Positions 42,095-54,900 of a DNA stretch of 64,000 bases are shown piece by piece. This DNA comes from Bugula neritina (taxonomy: Eukaryota; Animalia; Bryozoa). The translations under genes were made by a program, and so were the position numbers. The stretch spans positions 28,350,628 to 28,414,627 of the forward strand of contig OZ037767.1 in the NCBI GenBank assembly GCA_964035545.1, given 5' to 3'. Under the pieces are notes generated by a model. It was not told where the DNA came from. It saw only the letters and a program-made list of their open reading frames with translations, and ran no database searches. Positions within the stretch are counted from its first letter, which is position 1. Each line of letters opens with the position of its first letter.

Positions 42095-45000
42095 TCACAA
42101 CTCGTCAGTGTTGTGCAGTGAACGAGGTTGCCGAACAGCTGATTGAAGAGCAGATGCTTTTTCAATGATCTCTTTCAAGTAGTCTCCAATCGCAGGATCA
42201 TTAATGTCTTCAGCATACTTTTGTTGTACAGAGATCAATGCATATTCGAGATCAAATGGAAGATCATTGCACTTGTTGTAGGCTAAAGAAACCTTCAACA
42301 GAAAAGTTATAACATTTACAAATATAACAGCACATGCTATGGTAAATATATGATTGTGACAATGTCTGAATGTAAAATTGATAAAATTGTTTATAGGGTA
42401 AAAGCTTTTAACTATATTACTCTATCTGTGACAAAGTAAAAAACATGGCAATGGTAGGCCTTGAACTTGTACAGCACCAATTTACTGTAAAGCAAATTAG
42501 TGCTGCAATAGTTCGAATTGTGATTTGTGATTTCCATGTCATTATTTACAAAAGGAGAACAAATAATTAATTTCCAAGACTTTAGGAGTTGTCAATCTTT
42601 TCTTTTATGAGTGGCTAAATAAATGTTGACCAATAACGAAACATGACAACCGAAACAAAATATGAATTTAACAGTAAATACTCACTTGAAGGAAGTTTAG
42701 AAGTTTCTCTACGTCAGATACTTTACTGGCTTGTACTAGTGAGGAGCTGAGGCTATGACATAGACTCGTTGTTAAGTCACTCTGCCGAAGCAGCCCATCT
42801 AGCAGCTCATTATCTTCGTCGCTACAACATGGGAACCGTACGGCTACTTTGCGGTTTTCAAACAAAAATTTGTTACCAGACAGAAAGCATAAAACTAAAT
42901 CTGATAAAAATAATCCTAGATATGGCCTTAAATAAAATCTCAAGTTATGGGCACCTACAGTCAACATCAAACAGCCGTATGGTACATAATAACACTAATG
43001 TGATATTAAAATAGCAGTTAGCATGGGATAATGCATAGAGTGCAAAGCAGTTCAGCCACGAACAACAGTTTGCAGTGCAGAGCAAACAATTAAGTAGAAT
43101 TTTACAACAATTGAGGTTATAATGGTAAACATAAAACAACTAATGCCTCAGAATACATACCTGATGTTGGATAATAAATCGCTGAACAAGGTGTACACTT
43201 TTACTTTAGACTTGATGGAGAAGATGTCTTGTGATGTCACAATATTGCTGTCAATAGAAGAAAGGTAAGCATTAGCATAGATTGAAAGAAAGATTAAAGA
43301 TGGAGATAATATCAAAGTTATATTATTTAAACCGCAAATTTGGCTGAAAAACAAAACTTTTTTTACTTTTCTGCTTTTGTGGTCAAAATTAAAATTTTTG
43401 AAAAACCACAAGAAAAGGATTTTAGCGATTAAAAACAATAACTAGAGGGATATTACAGCTCCTCATATTCACCTGAGAAGATGAAATAGACTAAAAACAG
43501 AGTCTAAGCAACCAGACAGACTAGTACGTTTCACTTGTGGCACATAATATTATGTTATAAAACAATACGTAATCCATAAGTTTATTACTTGTTGACCCAC
43601 AAGACCTGGACTGAATTCCATGCATTCATCAAGTAACCATCTGGCAGGGCTAAACTAGCCACCATTTTACTTTCAGCTAATCAGGAGTGTAAAAATAATA
43701 TACTGTGTTCTATCTGTTCAGCAGCTGTCTGCTTTACAAGAAAACCAACTTCGTACAACAGTTTGCTTACAGCTTCTCCCTTTTGGTATCATCTAGTAAC
43801 CCTACATTCATACCTATAATCTACTACTCACAACTATCTATACACACAGTCATCTTTTTAAATGCTCCCTCTTCACATGTAAACCAATTTGTGACACATT
43901 TTTCAGTAAAAAGTTTTGTGTTTAATTTGTATGTTAGTAGCAAACATAACAGTATAAAGAATATGAAAGGACAACTCCTATCATTATATAATCATGTCCG
44001 CTAATAGTACAAGAATACTACAGTCTTGACAACCATGTTACTTTCCGCAGCCTTAGTGATACTATCTACTGTAGGGGGGGGGGAGCAATACTCATGCCCG
44101 CTTTATATCATCTTACAAAATCCATTAAATAACTCCTAACCTTTCAACATGCTATGTCATCATTCAATCAACTTCAAAATTTCAGGAAAAAATAAACTCA
44201 AATAAAAAGCATGGTGTTACATATAATAAAACAGATATTTGAAAGAAAACTTTTTTTACCTAAATATAGCCCCAGCTCCATGTGAAATGAGATCAGAGAT
44301 GGTGCGGTGGTCAGTGCGTACCATAGAAGAGATAGCAAACAATGTGTGTTCAGTCACCTGGTGGGCTCTATGCACCTCATCATTGGCAGCAAGCTGCAGA
44401 CGTCTAAGCAAGGCAGGGATAACCTTTCTGGCAGCTTTAGTAACATAAACATTACTACAAGGTCATATAAAACAAGTATTAGCATCAGCCTTGATAAATA
44501 GCCCAACATGATGTCAAATCTCACAAACGCCTGACAAAACAACATAACCAGAAAAATATTAGGTCATCATGTAAATTTTAGCAATTTAAACTCAATAATT
44601 TAAATTAAGTACACAAAAGTGAACTTGAAGAATGTTTATAGGTTTATGGTCAACAACTCTGGATACGTATCAAACTGTAATGTGAACGAGCATAACTAAA
44701 CTCAAAGAGGGAAGTTTTAGAGGACAAATACACAAAGTGAAACTCAAAAAAGTAAATATTATGCAAAAGGGAGTGGCTAATATACACTAGGAGAAATGTT
44801 GGAGTTGTTCTACCATTGCAATGCTAGGATGGCGCTACAGTTCAAATGAAGAAGACTGGAGCAGCCCACCACTTATATCTGATATATGAAATCTGCCAGG
44901 TTAATTCCTGCAGCAATTTACAACACATAGTAAAAAAGTCTTCTTCGTTTAATTCTTTTTTCTTAATGAATTGAATGAATTGAATATGTTGGCAACATTC

Positions 45001-46375
45001 CTGCAGAGAAAGTGAAACTGCTAGTGCACATGTTTTAATCCACAGAGGAACAAAGAGCAAGTATTTATAAGGAGTTGCATTCTCCAGAAATAATAGTGAA
45101 AAGTTTGCAAGTACCTTTGGCAGGCAACTCCTAAAACGAGAGCGCATTTAGCTACTAGACTTGTATCCGAGGAGACATTAACAAGGTTAGAAATGACATC
45201 TACACCACCAATATCAGTGAAATACACAGCATTGTCCAGGTTGTGAAGGTAGAACTCAATGTCATCTAGAACTGACTGGAATGACTTATTGGGATCATCG
45301 ACAGAAATTGTGAGCTCTTGTAATAAATTTGATAGTATTTCCATTTCAGAAGAAAGAGTTATGTTCTCCTTGCTGAACACTTCTTTAATTTCATCTATCG
45401 ATTTAAATGTCTAGAAAAACATTGCAGCATTTGTAAAATTTAATATTTTCAATTGTACAGTACAAATAATATTGATTGATTTTTGAGAATTCCAAAAATA
45501 CTCCAAACAATACAGGCCATCAACAAACACCGCATGAACATTTCCCAATTCAGCTTTTTTATTAGAAATTACAGAAAAAAGCTTTTAGATTCTAAATAAC
45601 CACAATTTTGTTCGCGGGGGGGGGGGGGGAACCTCTAAAAGACTAAAACCAGTAAATGCTGTTGTTATTCAGTGATTTGTAAGTTGTTTTACCTGTTTAT
45701 TCACATTAGGTTGAGCTGAAAACTCCTTATTCCCACTTGGCTCATCCTGAGAAGTAGCGATGTTTTTTAAAGCTTCTTCTAGGGCTGCACTGATTCCTCT
45801 TTTTGGTGCAGGGTTTTTATCCTACAGAAAAGAATGCATATGTATTTTCTGTTACTGATGCAACCTTTTTAAAAGCAGTTCATAAACAAGAGTAAACCTA
45901 CATTGTCAGTTGACTCAGCAAAAGTCATTTTGACACCCTGATTGGTATCTGAAGCAGCATTAGAGTCATCACTCTCTGATCTCAACAACTTCGCTTCCTT
46001 CAGTCCAGTTTGTAAATTGACACGGACGTGTAATCCTTTAGGAATAGATTGACCTTCTTTTATCTCTTGCCACTCATGAGTTGCTACAAACTCTTCTACA
46101 AACCAAATCAGCACAGCTCTAATCAGTTAAAATTGGAACGCCTCAAGTCAAGGTTTAGAGCCTAGACTATCGTGTATACATTTTACAAACAATGAAAAAT
46201 TGATGTTTATATTTGGAGTTGGTTCCTCACCAGAGTGTGAAGAGGTGGAAAAGTGTGAGTGAGATGAGACATCATGATCTTCAACTTCTTCACCGGGTAC
46301 AGTGGTAAGATGTTGAGATATTACAAGGGTAACGAGTAAAATTAATATCACAGCAAAAGAATTGTGGACAAGCAT
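42095..46375 (-). CDS. SIL1: Nucleotide exchange factor SIL1 (BiP co-chaperone), 459 aa
   Basis: Exons 46375-46231, 46095-45902, 45821-45693, 45410-45115, 44454-44260, 43247-43161, 42821-42686, 42292-42095; 1380 nt in frame, GT-AG. Signal peptide [20 protein letters not shown]; SIL1 signature [35 protein letters not shown]; [18 protein letters not shown]; LFAISSMVR; C-terminal TDEL. Confidence 0.95.
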
Positions 46376-47249
46376 TTTAGAGCTCTTAAAAGTCACCCCT
46401 ACAACATAACTAAAACGTGAAAAATCTAGTGCATCCACAATTCATCTTTAAACATTTTATTACTAAAACTAAAAACAACAAAGGTAATTAGCATGAAATA
46501 CCACAACGATTATTTTTAGAAAAGATTCACAATATGACATGTAAAAATTCATAACCATCTACTTTTAGTCATTGAGACTCTAATATTTGAGCAATCAGAA
46601 AATTGCTAAATAATGCGATTTGTATGCATAGCTATACCTGATCTATCCAACTTGCAGAGAAAAACTTGCAAACAGAAGCTGTCATAATATTTTTAAAAGT
46701 GTTATACTCACACTGATTACTATACTGAAAGAAATAGGCATAAGACTGTATAATGCTAATAGTAATACAGAATACTCTATCAGAATACATCATATTTTTA
46801 CTGTGACAAAATATATTTGCGTGACACTGATATTCATACCAACATGATAATGTTAGTTTAATATTAATCAAAATTTTACATACAATTAATAGAAGTAGAA
46901 CTAGATTAAGATGGGTAGTTACAAGTTTGTTAATATCATATTTATTATCTATTAATTATTTAATAAATATTGATATTAGTATAACGAATGATAATAACTA
47001 ATAACATTAACTATAACTATAAGATTAGGTATTACCGTATTAGTATAACTACAAGTATAAGTAAAACATCAAAAATAACTCACAAATAACTGACTTCCAG
47101 TCTGAGTTTCTTTCTGACTCTGTCACACTCACTCTCAGTCTCACTGTGCGAGTGTCGCTCAAGAATAAAGTATTAGTATGTTAGTAACTGCACCAAAGTG
47201 TACTGTCACCAGTGAAATAAAAATAATAAAAGACTATCTAATAAATCAA

Positions 47250-47630
47250 GCAATTACCTTTGTTCTGAAAGTCTACGTCATCACAAAATTACAACACGTA
47301 ATCAAAAACGATTACATTTAGTTTTACTATTACTAGTGTTGGTATCGTCATCTTAGTGGCCATGCCGGAAACATTTATTACATGTTGTAACTTTACTCGC
47401 CGAGCATGTTTGTCTTGTGTGTAAAAGTTTGCAATAGCAAATTATTGTATTGGTATTTTAGGAGAGCCGCCTGAGTTGTCATATGATTTAGTTGAGATCT
47501 CAAGCTGTGGACCAATGCACTCAATAATATGGTCTTTTCCTGTTCAGTGCTGTGGACACGAATATTAGAGTTACCAGCTGAGACTTCTACACAATAACTC
47601 AAATGTTAAATTTAAAATCAGTAACGTTTA
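47250..47630. promoter_or_regulatory. Putative bidirectional promoter / non-coding first exons of SIL1 and TMCO4
   Basis: Lies between divergent ATGs 2.55 kb apart. Locally CpG-richer; CRE-like tacgtcat (~47274); ETS-like ccggaa (47365-47370); minus-strand donor AAAG|gtaatt at 47258/47257. Transcription start sites are inferred, not observed. Confidence 0.5.
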
Positions 47631-48927
47631 GTATCAAATTTAAAATCTAACATTGATCTACAACTAGTACTACGTCTACTGTCAGATTGAGACTGAGATC
47701 AAGAGTAAAAAAACTGAGTCATAGTCATAGTGATACTGATAGTAATACTAATACTAACCAGAGGCAGTAACTGTAAGACTAAGAGTAACACTAACTGAGT
47801 AACTGTAACACTAACTGTATGTATTACTATTACTATTAGTAATAGTATAACTATAAGTGTTACTGTTTGTCACTAGTGTAACCCTAACTGTAAGTGTAAG
47901 TGTAAATCATATTTAATTTTATGATTTATGTTTACACTTGGTCTTAAATTTTGATTTACAATTACTGTAAGACTACGTCACTACGTGTAACAGCTGTGTA
48001 ACTCAAATTGTAAGTCACATTTACTTTGACTTTAGGTTAAGGTTTTACTTTTTAACTTTTAACTGTTTTACTGAAAGTTCAACACTAAAAGACAACAGTT
48101 TTAAGTTTTGAATCTAAAACTAAAAGATAAAAATAAACTTAAACTTAAAGTAAATTAGATTTAGTATGACTATCACTATATCACTATCAGTGCGTAACAG
48201 TGATACATTTATATACTCAGTCTCACACTCAGGTTCAAAATAATCATACAGTATGACTGTGACTCTCACTCGAAACTTTGGCTATTTATTAGTTTAAAAT
48301 TAGTATTTAAATTTAACTTTACTCCCTCCCAGTTTCTTACTGTAACTGTTTCTGTAAGTTGCACATGTTTTTTTTTCAGTTGCTCCTACAGTTACTCTCT
48401 GCTAAATGTTACATTTACTGTAATGTCATCCCTGTAGCTGTTAGATGTAGTACTCATACTTATATTTATAGTCATAGTCAGTAACATACTGTTCAATCTA
48501 ATCCATTAGCAATTATAACACTAACTATAGTAGTAGATATAGTGGTAGAGATATTAATCATAATAATGGTAATCAATATCATAACAAATAGTTAAATGTT
48601 ATAAAATGAAAAATTTACTTCATTCTTGAAACTAAAACTAAAGTTTCTACTAATAATTAGCCTAAGGTTGCTAACTAGTAACTAGGTTTTTTACTTTTAT
48701 ATTATATGTATAATTATTTGGTTATCCTCATGTTTAGTTGGTTTGAACCTCGCCCTATCTGTCCCACCTTTATAATTTTAAGCTCCGCATAACTACAAAG
48801 TGATTTTGCAAAGAGCCAAAGCTTATGTTACAATGCCACACACTGATATACAATACCTTGACAGAACAACAAGTTATTTTTAAGCTTTGACTTCTCCAGA
48901 AAAAGGTAAAGCAGATTCATCTGTTAA

Positions 48928-51900
48928 ATGATAATGGAGCCTGCAGCAGACACTGAAATTAGTTCAGAATCAAATGCACAGACACTAACAGATGCTGGGA
49001 AATATGCATTCGCTGGTCTGGCTGCAAACATACTTGCTGAGCTCTACAAAGATGTTGAGGAGAGGTAGACATATTTGATGTGGGCAGCTTTTGATTTGAG
49101 GCTATGTTATAGTTGATGTGTCTTAGAGATTATTTTAGTGTTGGATAGCTTTACTTTAAAATATTGATTATTGAAATAAAAGACGAATTAAGTCTATAAA
49201 TTATGCATTTCCTACCTTTTGTATACATCTGTTATCTAGTAATTGAGAGTTCAGTTTGAAAAAAGCTGTCAATTTCGCCTGAAGTCTCAACTGCACAGCA
49301 TCATTTTGAGACTATGTTTAAAACATATCCCTGACTTCATGATTTAGTAGTCTTTTGTGTGAAATTATGCAGAGATTTAAGTGGTTTCTTTTGTAGTGGC
49401 TTCAGACACCAGCTTCTTGATGATCTAATGAAGACAATAGACCTACCTGAGTCGGTAAGCTGCTGATTGTGTATGTTTCTGTTAGCCTGTGCTCCATAAT
49501 ATTCTTCTCCTGTCTCTCCTGTTGTATGCTGAGAACTCACTCTAACTTTGTAGTCCAGGCAAGCACAACTGGCTGTAGCTGATGGAGAATACAAGACCAA
49601 ACCCGAACCTTTTATTGATTTATTACTACAAGAAGGTCTGGTAAAAGAAAGCCCAGAATCTCTTCTTACCAGCCTCCTTCTCGTAGCGATTAAAGACGGT
49701 GAGGTCAAGTTATATTGTGCGTGTCGCTGTTTCAACTTAACTCAACATTTTATAGCATATCTGTTTTATTTTGAAACGATTTTACATAAACTATTGCAAA
49801 TGATGGATAGGAAAGCTTTGTAAACGTTGCCATGTACCTACTCAAAGTTTGCAAAGCTATCTTTATATAGTATGGTTATTAATATACAATTTATGTTGTC
49901 ACGCATAACAAGTTTTCAACATAATAAATCTGCATTTTTTATCTTGAATCAATTTTCGATGAAGTCTTATAAAAAATAAGAGTCACTATTAATGTTTGCA
50001 ATAAAGCTAGTTCATTGAAGTTGTTTTGTAACAACTTAAATTTAGGAACGACAATCTCCAGCCAAAGTCTTTGAAATTGTTTAATGTTAAGATATATAGT
50101 CAAATATAACAGATGTGTACACCAGTGTTATAGTGAAGGTACATAATGTTTACAGGTGTATACGATGCTCGGGTACGCATAGTAGTAGAGCATATGAGCT
50201 GGTTGCTGAGAGTGGATATGAAATCTGTAGAAGTCGTTGAAGAACATCTATTAGAAATACTAAAGAACCATGAAGAGCTCAGTGAGTAAGTCTAAAGCTC
50301 ATCTGTTTTTTTCTAGCCAGCATTTTTATTAATAATAATAGACATAAATGCGATTTTTAGTGTCACTATTTTACTTTAATTTTATATTTTTTGAGACAGT
50401 TTGCCATTCATCAGGTAAAAGTGTTGTACTTTATGTTTTTGTACTAGTTTGTCGCATCAATATAGTTTTATTTTTAGTGCACATTTATTTTCTGGTATCA
50501 CAGTTATCATTATGTTGTGTAAATATTCATCTAAAAGCTAGTTAAGTGGGACTCCTTCTAAATTCAAATTCTTTAAAATAGTATCAAGATTTTGTTTTAA
50601 GAGTTTTCAAAAGAAAAGAATTGACTTTTTCATTAACTATTATTTAGAATATCACATGAAATAGAAACCCATACAGCAAATAATCACAAAGCAACAGTGT
50701 GAATTTTAATTACTTTGGAATTGTCTTTTCTTCAAAATCACATTCTAACGTAGCACTAAGCCCCAATAAGATACACAATTTATAATACCTTGTATTTACC
50801 TGTGTAAAATATAAGTCATTGCATTTTATCTTGACAGCCATGTAGCCTCTAAAACTAGGTTGTATCACTCGCATTAGGAAAGAGGTGGGGATTCACCTTC
50901 AACTAAAACTAGTTCACTTATTCTTAAGAAAGAGCTTTTATTTTTGTTCTCAAACATCTCTAAAGTTATTAATATAAAATATAGTGATTGCAGAATCATC
51001 ATCTTTGATAGCTTTTGCATGTATGCAAATGAGAATAGTTAGTAGAAAGTACTAAATAAAATACATTATGTAACTTGTGGAACCAACATTTGATTAACCT
51101 TGTGTATGGTATGCACTCACTAAATCAATACCGTGAAAGTCTATATAAGGTACTAGTTGTAGAGCAACTGTTTAAAACTTCCTATGTGTCTTTTACAGTG
51201 ATGAGAAAGCTCATGCACGTAAAAAGAGCAGAAATAAAAAGATTAAGAGAGGATTTCTCATTGGTTTAGCTACGGTAGTAGGAGGCACTGTAATTGGTGA
51301 GTTTAGTGATTGGTTATTTTTTGACCGCCAGTAAGAATTACGCATTATATTTCTTAAATGTGTTTTGTGTGTTATTTGGAGTTTCAGTTATACTGTTAGA
51401 TTGTTTTTTTTTTTAATCCCTGTATGAAAATCATGGATTTTATTCTCGTAATTTATATTATTTGTCACTTGGTATTCAGTATGCAAAATTCTAGGTTTTG
51501 ACTGTTTAGATCTACACATTGTGCACACCAATAGCAAATATGTACGCTTACTTACCAATAGTAAATATGTACACTTACTTACCAATAGTAAATATGTACA
51601 CTTACTGTAAGTGAACCAATAATTTTTCTCAATTCTAGGATTAACTGGCGGTTTGGCAGCCCCTCTCATTGCTACTGGAGTTGGTGCTGTAATAGGAACG
51701 GCTGGCGGAGCAGCCTTAGGCTCTGTAGCCGGTGTGGCAGTTATCGGCTCTCTGTTCGGGGTGGCCGGAGCCGGGCTCACTGGTTAGTTATATATTGTGT
51801 ATATAGTCTGAATGATGTGTCATTTCACTCACAGGTAACTAAAGCAATACAAAATGTTGTATTCACTGGCTGTTAGATGTTTAACTAAGAATTTTATTCA

Positions 51901-54900
51901 CCATGGATTCAGCAATTAAATATTAGTTTAGTCTATAAAATGGTGATTAGTTACACCAAACTACTTGGCATATTGAGATGTATAGTCCCTAGTGTACAGT
52001 AGTCACCGGTCATGTGACTATCATGTCTGCATTTGCTAAGTAATTATTCAGGTTATAAAATGAAAAAGAGAGTTGGTGGAGTGGAACAGTTTGAATTTGA
52101 TACGCTGTCAGACGGATCTCAGATGGCCGTCACTATTGCTGTCAGCGGCTGGGTCAGTCGTAAAGGAAATGAAGGTAAGTGGCTCTTAGCCTGATGGTAA
52201 TAAGTATTCTCACCTTCTCTTCTCATTTCCTGGGGAACTCTGTTCATGGCTTTCAAGGAGTGTGCGTCAACTGCTGGCAACATGACTTGTGAATTCACAG
52301 CAGCACAGAGGTAATATGACCAACTCTTGTTTTTAGCAATACCAATAGCCATGTGTTTAGCTCAGCATATGTTATGCTAGTCACCAGTGTCTTCTCACTG
52401 GAAGATGGCAGTGATTTGAATGACGAAATTAATTGAAGATTGAGAAAATGTAGACTGAGTAGTATGCTATTCTGTTCTAGACTTTAGAACTCCTTGGCTA
52501 AGTCTAGACAACAGTAAAGAGCAGTACTATTTGAAATATGAAGGACATTATCTGCAAGAGTTGGGGCAGTCACTGGAAACCCTCTCTTCCATGGTAGTTC
52601 GACAGGCTATAGCTGAGAGCCTGAAGTACACAGTCCTTTCTAGTAAGTTCTCTCTTCTCTCTTACCATCCTCAGCTACATGTAGTTTTAATATAAGTTTT
52701 GTGGCTGCTTGTTATATTATGTAATGATGGTGTTATTAATTATGTCAAATGTAATAATGTATTATCTTCTTTTTCGTTTAACTGAAAATGCTAATCATTG
52801 CATGAATTAGTCTGAAGCTATGTCATGTTAAAATGAGGCTGAGGTAAATTGAGCAACCTGTACGACCTTGGGTTGCCAATGTTTTCTTAGCCTATGAAAC
52901 TATATCATAATAAGTATTATACACACTTGATTAGTTCATGATTATAAATTTATTCTGTTTTGTTCCTCAAAACTGATGCCTATTTCACTTCAGCAGATTT
53001 TGTGCACATCAAATAGTATGTTAAATTTTCTATATCTTGCACTTGGAAGCAAAGTTGATGTTGCTGTGTATGTTTGTGGGTTGAGTTGTTGACCAACCAT
53101 TCTTATTGGCAGCTCTCATGGCAGCAATAGCCTGGCCATCAGCGCTGCTTGGCCTGGCCAGTATTATAGACAACCCATGGCACGTGTGCACCAAGAGAGC
53201 TGAGAATGCAGGCAAACAGCTGGCTGAAGTCCTCATCTCTAGGCTGCAGGTAATGAGGTATTACAGACTATATACTGCAGGTAATGAGGTATTACAGACT
53301 ATATACTGCAGGTAAAGAGGTATTACAGACTATATACTGCAGGTAATGATATATTACAGACTATATACTGCAGGTAATGATATAGTAAGTATTTTAGGTT
53401 CTATATATTATATTGATATGGGTTTAATGATTAATTAGTTTAGAATTTATTATCAGTGCAATATCTTATACTCCATGCCAGTAAGTTGTGAGATAAAATT
53501 TGAAGCATTACAATGCACTGTGAACTCATTGTAGGGACACAGACCTGTTACGTTGATCGGGTTTAGCCTCGGAGCCAGAGTGATATTCTACTGTTTGAAG
53601 GAGCTTTGTAAGCACCCCAAAGGAGTTGGTATTGTAGAGAACGCGTACTTGTTGGGAGCCCCAGTCTCTGGTGCTCCTGCTGAGTGGCAACCTTTCAGCA
53701 AAGTTGTGGCTGGAAGAATAGTAAATGCATACATTAGGTTAGTGGTTGACACATATTAGGTTAGTGGTTGACACATATTAGGGTAGTGGTTGACGCATAT
53801 TAGGTTGGTGGTTGACACATAATATGATAGTAGTTGACACATGTAATAGGTTAGTGGTTGACACATATTAGGTCAGTAGTTGACACACATATTAGGGTAG
53901 TAGTTGACACATACTAGGGTAGTAGTTGATACATATTAGGTCAGTAGTTGACACATATATTAGGTAAATAGAGTACTGCTTGTCTCGTTGATGTAAAGCA
54001 GACAATTCTGTTGTAGAAATGATTGGATGCTCAAGTTTCTATACAGGACAGCTTCAGTACAGTTTAGAATAGCCGGGATCAGTCCAGTCCAGTGGGACAA
54101 TAGGAGAATGATTAACATGGACCTCACTAACATTGTGAGTTCTACTCTATTATGTAATATAGTTAGTTACTGGTGGGGGGGAGGGTATTATTCTCTAAGA
54201 GTCTAAGAAGTTACCATCATATAATATATAGTTGTAATACGTCACAACTGCATATTATATTGTACCATCTACTATTTTGTTTTTAGATAGAAACATGAAT
54301 GTACTCAACACCAACTCAGAAATTGTTGTTTATTAGACATTTGTTTTTGTTGGTTTGGTGGTGTTTTGGAGTCGCCAATCCGATTCTGTCTGAGAAATAT
54401 TCTTGTTTAGTCTGAGAAGCGCATACAGTACACATAATATGTAGTCTAGTGTGTTGACCTGTAGGTAAATGGTCACATGGACTATATGAAGAAGATGGCA
54501 ACAGTGTTAGAAGCTGTTGGTATCAAGACCAAAGAGGTTCACAATGTCTTTGCCTCTACAAGTGATAGTGGATACACCTCAGCACTGTCTACTTCCACCA
54601 GTCAAGGTGAGCGTAGTGATATGGTAAACACATTGTTTAGTCGTCTCTGTTCAGTTGAGGAACCTCCAGTCATGTTTATAATGGTATTATTATATGAATG
54701 TAATATTAGACTATATTATATGATTGTATTTTGGTCCATTACATGATTTTATTTTTATTATTAAATATATGTAATATATTTTATAATTAAATTTCAGTAA
54801 TACATGAATGTATTTTGTTATTACACAATTTCAATTTTATTATCAAATCATTTTATTTTTATTATCAAATAAATTTAATATAATTTATGATTGTATTTTA

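Noticed and set aside
44948-45000. Strong minus-strand acceptor (tttctctgcag) in SIL1 intron 4 as a possible exon
   Set aside because: Splicing to it gives a stop within ~18 codons, while the exon at 44454-44260 restores SIL1 homology; no evidence for a regulated poison exon.
47393-47602. 69-aa minus-strand ORF between SIL1 and TMCO4
   Set aside because: Non-ATG start, no recognisable homology, and it lies in the likely promoter/5' UTR region.
49337-51780. Minus-strand ORFs 49337-49735 and 51388-51780 (and 26317-26790)
   Set aside because: Antisense shadows of real TMCO4 and RTP-like exons.
53244-53968. Regularly spaced 22-31-bp repeats as a CRISPR-like array
   Set aside because: Units are contiguous with no unique spacers and lie in spliceosomal introns of a eukaryotic gene.
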